Positions 55,503 through 64,000 of a stretch of 64,000 nucleotides of DNA are shown piece after piece. The stretch is taken from NCBI GenBank assembly GCA_964016885.1, contig OZ024745.1, forward strand, positions 126,046,001-126,110,000, given 5' to 3'. The stretch comes from Eledone cirrhosa (taxonomy: Eukaryota). Both the position numbers and the translations under genes were made by a program. Positions within the stretch are counted from its first letter, which is position 1; each line of letters begins with the position of its first letter. The notes under the pieces were generated by a model. That model was not told the DNA's origin. It worked only from the letters and a program-made list of their open reading frames with translations, and ran no database searches.

Positions 55503-58170
55503 TTCCCTCAACGAAATCTTCCACAGAGAAATTGATTCATGTATAAATATCTCTCTTGCTGAACGTATTAAAACGACAATGTTTAATAAAAAAACAAATA
55601 ATGAAATATTACGTGTTATTCACGAAATAGGGGATGAATATTTACGACGGATAAAAACCCCAACATTTTGGCAAATCAACGCCTGTTTATATGCCTTAGC
55701 AACGACAGTGAAGCATTATCTTGGTGATAACAGAGATATTAACAAGAACAGAACACCACCAAAAATACCATCATATATAACTAAAATAGAAAAAAAGATT
55801 GCTGACCTACGAAAAACCATAGGATATGTGACAATGCTCCTTACATGCAAACAAACACCAAAACACCTCACTCCTCACCAACAAAGAGTGAAAAATAAAA
55901 CAGAGATGATGTGTGGTAACAGTAGAACCAGAACTCTCCAATATAAGCTGATCACCTTCAAACAAGAATTGAGAGCTGTTAGCGAAAAACGCCTATACCT
56001 GATGAAGGTAGATGAAAGAAAAGTGCTTAATAAAAGATTCAGACGAAACCAAACATCAGTCTATAAAGATATGAAGAATAAAATAAGTGTCACTGAAGCA
56101 CTATCCCAGAAAGACAGATTCCTTTTGGAGCAAAATATGGGGTGAAAAGAAGAATTTCAACCAAGATGCAGTGTGGCTAAGAGAAATCCGAAAGAACTAT
56201 TGCTCCTACACTACAACAAAAACATACGAAATAAGTGAGAGTACCTTGAGACTGTGATAGGAAAACTCAAAGATAAGAAAACACCAGGAAGAGACATGAT
56301 TGTCGGCTACTGGTACAAAAAACTGATATTCTATCGGAGGTATCTTACTGACCTCTACCAACAAGTTCTTAAGGGAGATACACTTATACCAGAATGGTTG
56401 ACATTAGCACAAACATTACTGGTCCCCAAGAACAAAGACACCCACTTAGAAAAAAACTACCCACCCATTGCATGCCAGAACCTGATGTATAAGATGTAAA
56501 CAGCCTGCCTGAACCTATTCCTCGAAGATCACTGTGAAAATAATAACATCATCACAAATGAACAAGCAGCTGGAAAGAAATGGGTTTGGGTATGTGCTGA
56601 ACAACTCCTAATCAACAAAACTGCGATGTCGGAGGTGCGACAACTTAGGAGGAATATGACTACAGTCTGGCTGGACTACAGGAAAGATTTCGATTCTGTT
56701 CCCTACTCTTGGATGATAGAGGCCCTCCAACTTGCTAAAGTCCCAGACATTATTGTCAGAGCCATAGAGAGGCTGTCTTCTTCTTCCGAGCAGTTGATAT
56801 TGGAACTCGAAAAATACTAAACAACACCGGAAACTTCCACATCAACAGTGACATAGACCGCCTTTACTTGAAACGTAAGCAGGGAGGCAGAGGCCTAACA
56901 TCAGTCCAGACAGCATTTGAATGTCGCATCATAGCTCTCCGACAACATCTATGAAACTCGAAGCGTAGGAGCCCGTCTCTCAAGCAAGTCTATCTGCATG
57001 AAACAGATAAGATCATGAGAGTTGGGAAGGAACTCCTCGAGAGATATTCCCTGTGTGATAATCAAAAACTCACACCCAGGGAAGTCGCTCAGCAGTATCG
57101 CAGTAAATCCATGGATGAAAAGCTGCATGCTTATCAGCAAAAAAGATCATGCACGGATATGTTGCCAGGAAGCTCGAGAGTAATATAGATAAGGAAAGTA
57201 GTCTATCTTGGACCAACAACCGCTATATTGGCTCCCACTTTGAAGGATACGCTTTTGCAATCCAAGAACAGGAGATTAACACGAAATACCTGATTCACAA
57301 AAGAGATAGGGAGGCAGGCAAAACGCCTAGATGTGATAACAAGTGCAGACTCTGTAGAACTAACATCGAGGATATCACCCATGTCATCAGCAGCTATCCA
57401 AAGATGCCATCACGGTACTATCTACCCATGAGGCATGATGTAGTGGCCAAAACACTGTATAATGCAGTTCGTAAAAAAATAGCCCCGATAATAAACACAT
57501 CAAAAGCTACAGCAATGTGGAAGACATCCATGTACATAATATGAAAGAGTACTGGTGGAATGTTCCAGTAAAAACCTCAATAAAATGCAGGCATAACAGA
57601 CCAGATATTATGATATGGGACAGGGAGAAGAAAGCATGCACAGTAGTGGAAATTAGCTGCCCAGCAGATGTCAATATAATATCAAAGATTAGCGAAAATG
57701 AGAATATTTATGCAGAACTGATGAGAAATCTGCAGATACACCACCCTGATTACACCTTCAGATTTATGCCTGTGATTATTGGGGCACTGGGGTGTGTTAG
57801 TAACTGCCTCAATACAAATCTTGAGAAGCTAGGCTTCACAGGAACAGAAAGAACACAACTAGTTAGGAAATTACAAGCACAAACCATTTATGGAACAGTA
57901 AAAATATGCAAAACATTCCAAAGATTTTGCATCTAATAACTGCATATACACATGTACAGATACAAAGCATATACACATGCACACATACAACTCAAAACAT
58001 ACACATCCACACATACAATAACATCCATATCTACACATGCATGCAGGCATGCATACATAATCTACCTAGTTGATGTTGTGTAAATTCCAATGAGAGAGTC
58101 TTGTAACTATGTTAGAAACCGACTCTCTCTCTATTGGTAAAAAATTTGTGAAATTATAAAACCAGAAGAA
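55501..58170 (+). mobile_element. R4/Dong-like RLE non-LTR retrotransposon, decayed and internally deleted
   Basis: KTPGRD...YWYK, NYPPIACQN, VWLDYRKDFDSVP, IDRLYLKRKQGGRGL, AIQEQEI, CRLC..E...HV, RHD.V, RPDI...VEISCP; flanked by (TACA)n. Confidence 0.9.
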
Positions 58171-58247
58171 CATACACACATACATAAATACATACATACA
58201 AATATACATACCTACATACATAAAACCACACACCTACATACATACAT

Positions 58248-58570
58248 GGTGGCTGCCAACTCGTTTTCGAGTACGGCCACTACTTTATATCCATGTAGGA
58301 GAACCCCTACCGATGCGCTGAACGAGTGTGACATTTTAGTCCAGCCACCGACTTGAAAACTCTGGTACAAACACTACACTTGTGACAATTATTGACACAT
58401 AGTGCTGGGCCCATGGTACCATGTGACGACAAGTGCAGAGAGATCTCCAGATATAAAGCAATGCCTGTGTCGAAGCTTTTATAGTGAGCAAAGGCACTGC
58501 ACAAAGCCAGTCCCACTCTCTTAACCAAGATGATATTTACCAAAAAGAAGAACAAGTCAACATCTTTGGA
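58248..58570 (-). mobile_element. 3' fragment of an RTE-BovB-like LINE with terminal C2H2 finger
   Basis: CSVCTRVFKSVAGLKCHTRSAHR* followed by a short 3' UTR; lies within (TACA)n. Confidence 0.6.
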
Positions 58571-58754
58571 TACATACATACATATATACATACATATTTC
58601 TAACTGTATAATATTTTACTCTTTAAAAAGAAACACTGACCCTATTTAGTAAGATAAATAGCATTTTGTTTCCTCACTTATCTAAGGGTAATGCCATTTT
58701 TAATAATTAAAAAATCTTACTGGGTGGGCGAGAAAATACGCTAAATATTAGATA

Positions 58755-58831
<77 letters not shown>

Positions 58832-59195
58832 ATAATCTTGTCTGGAATGGTTTGGTATAATCTTCTTAGGTAGTTCTTCAGCAATACAAACTGTTGTCGC
58901 GAGCAGCTTACATATTGTATGAATGTTCCGAAATATATACATATATATATATATATATATATGTATGTCTGTCTGCGTCTGTGTACGTGTCTATGTACGT
59001 GTGTCTGTGTGTGCCCGTCTGTCTCTGTGTGTGTGTATGTATGTGCGTATGTGTGTGTCTATGCGTGAGTAGGTGTCCGTGTGTGTGTGTGCCTGTGTGT
59101 CTCTGTGTGTGTGTGTGTCTGTGTCTGTGTCTGTGTGTGTGTGTGTGTGTATGTGCGTGAGTAGGTGCCTGTGTGAGTGTCTGTGTGTGTCTGCG

Positions 59196-59226
<31 letters not shown>

Positions 59227-59560
59227 ACATATACATATATTTCGCTGTTAATTTTGTTTTCCCAAAGGTCACTCCAGATCGAGTAGAAATTTCACGTATG
59301 ATCTCCAATCATAACCATTCTATGTACTTGTATATCTAGGAATACATTAGCTCGTGTGTTCTTTTTAAAAACATAAATTGTAATTTGCAAGGGATTTGGC
59401 TGCTAATTCTAGCAGACACAGTTATCATGTGAGGTCTCAGTATTTATTCAAGACGGGTGCTTGTCTATTAGTACACAGTGTGTACTGTGCAAAATACAAA
59501 GGCGACATGAGGACTATGTCGATAAATATAAAGACGAAAGATTAAACAAGGGTTATTATT

Positions 59561-60168
59561 GTGGTGGATTGGCAGTATCGGTAGAGGGTCGGACACCATG
59601 CTTTCCAGCATAGAGTTACGGTCTTTTAAAGTCTAAGTTCAAATCCCGCCGAGGTTAACTTTGCTTTTCATCCTTACGGGGTCGATAAAATAAAGCACCA
59701 GTAACGTACTGGAGTCGATTAAATCGACTTTCCCCTCCCCAAAATTACTGGCCTTGTGCCTATACTAGAAATCATTATTATGGTATCGGTAGAGGGTCGG
59801 ACGCCATACTTTGACGCATAGAGTTACGGCCCTTGCCATTCTGAGTCTTTTACAGTCTGAGTTCAAATCCCGCCGAGGTTACCTTTGCCTTTCATCCTTA
59901 CGGGGTCGATAAAATAAAGTACCAGTAATGTACTGGGTAATTGCTGGCCTTGTGCCAATAGTAGAAACAATTATCAGGATGGAGTGGCAGTATCGGTAGA
60001 GGGTCTGACGCCATGCTTTGCAGCAAAGAGTTACGGCTCTTTATGGTCTGAGTTCGTATCCCGCCGAGTTTAACTTTGCCTTTCATCCTTACAGGATCGA
60101 TAAATTAAAGAACCAGTAATGCACTGGGATAATTGCTGGCCTTGTGCCAAAAGTAGAAATAATTATTA
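59561..60168 (+). mobile_element. Three tandem major SINEs
   Basis: Units about 59561-59780, 59781-59975 and 59977-60168. Confidence 0.85.
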
Positions 60169-60294
60169 TAGACTTTCATGAATTTATGACCGTTTCGTTA
60201 AATTAACAAGAACATCCCTTCCTGCAAGAATAATTCCTTAGAATCAATCAAATACAAATAAAAACCTTACATGTTTTAAACTGCCGGAGAAAAA

Positions 60295-60812
60295 TCTAAA
60301 CTATAATAAAGGAAGGTCTGTGGGACTGCGTACGGTTTTTTTTTTTTTTATCCCGTTAGTAAAATAAGTTGGATTATGAATGAATATTACATAATTTATC
60401 TACTAAATTTCGTAAACAAAATTAATTTCGTAAAAATAAATAATTTAAAATTGACTTCTTTTCAAAGTTGCACTTCCAGTATTTCGTTGCCACACCTGCT
60501 ACCACTTCAACTACCATATATATAGAAAGAGAGAGTGTGTGATGTCAACGCTTCCGGTGGCGATCACTTAAAGAAAAATACTAATTTTCTGTCACTAATT
60601 TTCTCCTAATACAGTTTATATATAATATTGTCTTTTTTTAATGTATCATGGATTACGTTACTGATTACATAAGACATTGTAACGCAGTCTTCGTTCAATG
60701 TCTGTTTATATTGTCAATTACGATTTTATTTGATGTATCATATCTACATGTATATATACTTGCGTATAATATCATATACACACTACATATGCTAGCAGAA
60801 AACCACCCGAAG
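60295..60812 (+). mobile_element. Helitron-like element, copy of 26336-26809
   Basis: A|TCTAAACTATAATAAAG start; truncated within the terminal hairpin. Confidence 0.7.
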
Positions 60813-61714
60813 TGTCTTCTGATGTAACTGATTTCTCTCAATCGTTTATACATTCCGGTGGTACTTGAACTTAGATCGGGCGTAACTTAATACTGCTAAA
60901 CGTTTTGATTGTGTTTATGTGTTTTGTTTCTTTGTCCTTTGGCACATTACCGTTTCTTACCATTCACCGCTCTTGGGATCCGACATTATTGTAAATAAAT
61001 GTCCCAAGTTAATATTTATATTGCTTCATATACGTCTGTATACTAGTTTAATAGTCTGTGCAAATGAAACTCCAGCGAAACAACATGTGTGTTCCAAATT
61101 TACTGCTGTGTTTGTGTGTGTTAACTAGTTGTATATTCCTGCAGAAAATGCTGTGTTCACTATACACAATGAATTATATAAAATTTGATCACACACACTT
61201 TTTCTCTCTAGTATAATAAATATTTGTGTTTGACTTTTATTATCAATTATAGGTTTTCGTCTGTTTAGTATTTTTTGTCGGATATATTATAGGTTTCTAA
61301 TTTTCATAACCAATTGAGCAGAAAACTAAGAATTGTGCTTTTCAGATTTATGTCAGAAAGTTTAAGACTCATATCAACACTTTTGTGAATAAGGTAACCT
61401 TGTATACTTCTACCGTTTCTAAAGTGTGTGTCGGTGTATGTGTTTCAGCGTGTGTATAATTTGTCTAGTGATACAGCAGTAAATAGGAAGTGTTGTAGTG
61501 GTGTTGATGGTAGTAGATGTGTGGTTGGTAATGGTAATTGTGATGCTGTTGGTGGTGGTATTGATATTGACGTAGTAGCTTGTTCAACTATGGTAGGGGT
61601 TGAACGGCTTGCATTTATGATGTTGTACAAGCTGACATATTTTAGACTACCACATTAGAAAATCCATCTTTCAGATAAAAACTGTATAAACATGATACTA
61701 TTTGCAGCAACAAT

Positions 61715-61985
61715 ACTGATCCGGCTCTCTGCTCTGTGCGTTCAAATCCCACCCAGGTCAACTTTGCCTTTCATCCTTTCAAGGTCGATAAAAAAAAGTA
61801 ACAGTCTACTACTGGAGTAGATTCTTCCTCTCTATATCTTTCTCATTTCCTCATTTTCACTTTCTATCTTTCTCTGGAAGAAATCTGCTGTACTCAGGCC
61901 TGTAGAGGCAAGGTTTCTGCCAGGCTTTAAATTGCTTAAGAAACGCCGTACGTCAATTCTATCAGGAGTTACAGGACCATACATA
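61715..61985 (+). mobile_element. Variant-tail SINE
   Basis: Colinear with 12900-13165. Confidence 0.75.
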
Positions 61986-62099
61986 CACACTATGAACTTA
62001 GGTGGCGAGCCGGAAAGAGCTGGAGGGAACACCGCAAAGCATTCTATAATATAGAATGCTTTGCGGTGTTATTCTTGTAGAGATAGATAGTCTGATGAG

Positions 62100-62720
62100 G
62101 ATACGAACTTCCTAGTTCTAGGATTTCTTTATTGAATGACACATTAGATGAAGCCTCTTAAGTTCTAAAGCTCTCTCAGAATAGTTTGCAAATTGCGCTT
62201 GTCCTCCGTTATGTTGGATTAGGTGGAGGGCAGAAAAAAGTGTGGGTGTTTTGTTATGTGTGTGCACTGTAGAGCTGGAAACAAAACAAACTATACGCTG
62301 GCTTTACCATCAGAAGTGCTTCTTACTGAGTCATCTTGATTGAGGGGCGTTGGGAAGGATAAGAGATGTCTTTTGGCAAAAAACCAGAAACCTCAGTGCA
62401 AAGGTGGGTGTTGGTGGTTTCCTCAACAGAACTGTTGTTTATAGATCATCTAAGGAGAAGAGTGTTGAGTGGGATGATTCTGGAAAGTTACTAGAGAGCC
62501 TCTTGGCAATAAATCAGAAGGCACCACTACAGTTTAAGATTTGTTGAAATTTACAGAAGACAGAATGAATGATATGAGCTTTTGCTTTCCTGGTGGTGGT
62601 TCTACAGGTGCAGTAAGATGAGTAAAGGCTCCACAGGTGAATATCTTGGGTGACATCCTCTGAGTATTGTAAGCAGTTTGTTTTGCTTGTATATGGAGCA
62701 TTAGAGTTTTAAGGATATTG
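62100..62720 (-). mobile_element. Possible decayed CR1/Jockey-like LINE fragment
   Basis: Minus strand ...AF*FIAKRLSSNFPESSHSTLFS resembles the FWxxAKxxxxNFxxSSxPxL linker; many stops. Confidence 0.35.
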
Positions 62721-63404
62721 ACACAACTAAAAGAATAGTAAATGTTAAGCGCTTCGTGGTTTCAAAGGAATTAGAGGGATGCATTATTAGTACTACCAAA
62801 AATAGTCAACGTAGAACTAGTGAGGCAATGACAAGTTAGCTGATTTGAAGTATGAGAGGGATTTTAGAGAGTAAGATGATATGGGACGTGAAAAGTGGCC
62901 TTCCATAAATATTGCAATGAGTTTAACATTCATGAATATAATATGCTTATGTGTATATATGTATATATGTATATATGTATGTATGTATGCATGTATGTAT
63001 ACATTATGTTTGTATGTATGTATGCATGTGTGTGTATGTATGTTTGTATGTATGTATGTGTTGGTGGGGGTGATATATATATGGCTGGGTGATAAATACA
63101 TTAATGAATGGATATATGAAACCTTACACTCAAAACTTCATCAACTGAAACAAGAACTTACAGTCACAGCTGAAACAACTAAAATAGAAATTTATGTAAC
63201 AACATTTGTAAATATACCATCTGAGATTTAAGTGAATTGAAATTCTTAGAAATTGTCTCAAACGCAGAAAATAATTGTAAACGAAGTCGGCTGTTTTAAA
63301 TAATATCTTAGAAAATCAAGTAAAATACCCCTATAGACGGAGAAAATTGTACAGCAGCCACTACAGAGGATAGGGCTTTATGATAGATTCAGAGATCGAT
63401 AGTT

Positions 63405-64000
63405 TATTATCGCTGATGACCACGTTCTTCCACCTACAGGGGTATTTATCTGATTTCCTAAGTTATTATTTAAAACAATCGACTGTGATTGCTGAATGTA
63501 CTGGCCAAACATTCGCTGATGGCGGGCTTACATATCAACATCTCCAAAACAAAATGTATGACAACTGATAGAAACAATGCCAATCTCCAACTCACAATCT
63601 ACAACCAGTAAATTGCTCAAGTTACGGTGTTTGTATATCTCGGTCACAAACTATCATCAAACAACAATGGAATAGTTGCTGCCTAGTATCGCATCGTTCT
63701 AGGTTGGGCAGCTTTCAATAAGAACAAGGAAGTACTAACATCAAAATGAGTTTCCTATCATTGGAAGGCTAAGATTTTTGATACTTACATCTTACCAGTT
63801 GTGTTATATAGTCTTGACTGTGTTAATTGGACAAGGTCACTTCAGAAGCTCTTTACATTCCAGAACCACATCATGAGACTTATGACAGGCAAACGGCTCA
63901 GCAACCGTATCTGTATCAGTAAGTTGCTCAACATTACCAGACTTAGACCAATTACATCAATCGTCAAATCAAGAGTACTCAAACTATACGGTCTTATAAA
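63405..64000 (+). mobile_element. Decayed RTE-clade LINE RT C-terminal region, runs off the window end
   Basis: ADD...GLHINISKTKCM...FVYLG...RIVLGWAAF...KIFDTYILPVVLY...LKLYG with in-frame stops. Confidence 0.8.

Noticed and set aside
58307-58400. C2H2 zinc finger suggesting a host zinc-finger gene
   Set aside because: Single terminal finger inside a short (TACA)n-flanked island; typical of the RTE-BovB C-terminus.

Overview
AT-rich, gene-poor eukaryotic DNA dominated by (TA)n, (TG)n, (TACA)n and (GA)n microsatellites and transposon debris. The SINE families resemble those I recall from octopus/cephalopods (inference, not a database hit). I found no supportable host protein-coding exon; nearly all ORFs in the track are microsatellite artefacts. 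Recognisable elements: about 25 tRNA-derived SINE copies, hAT, pogo/Tc1 and mariner non-autonomous elements, Helitron-like elements, an RTE LINE with a clean twin-priming-type 5' inversion (49279-51170), an internally deleted R4/Dong-type RLE LINE inside (TACA)n (55501-58170), further LINE fragments, and an intron-containing tRNA-Tyr pseudogene. The main signal is a set of short non-coding elements from several mutually unalignable families, almost all embedded in (TA)n. Across families they share three things: (i) a minimal type-I hammerhead ribozyme fold (CUGANGA...GAAA, palindromic stem III, paired stem I), (ii) a fold-back architecture of inverted copy + forward copy + unduplicated tail, and (iii) an RCTC...GAGY stem-loop 38-66 nt from the microsatellite junction. 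This fits non-autonomous Penelope-like (PLE) retroelements or retrozyme-like RNAs. All folds were done by eye; SINE boundaries are approximate (about +/-10 bp).
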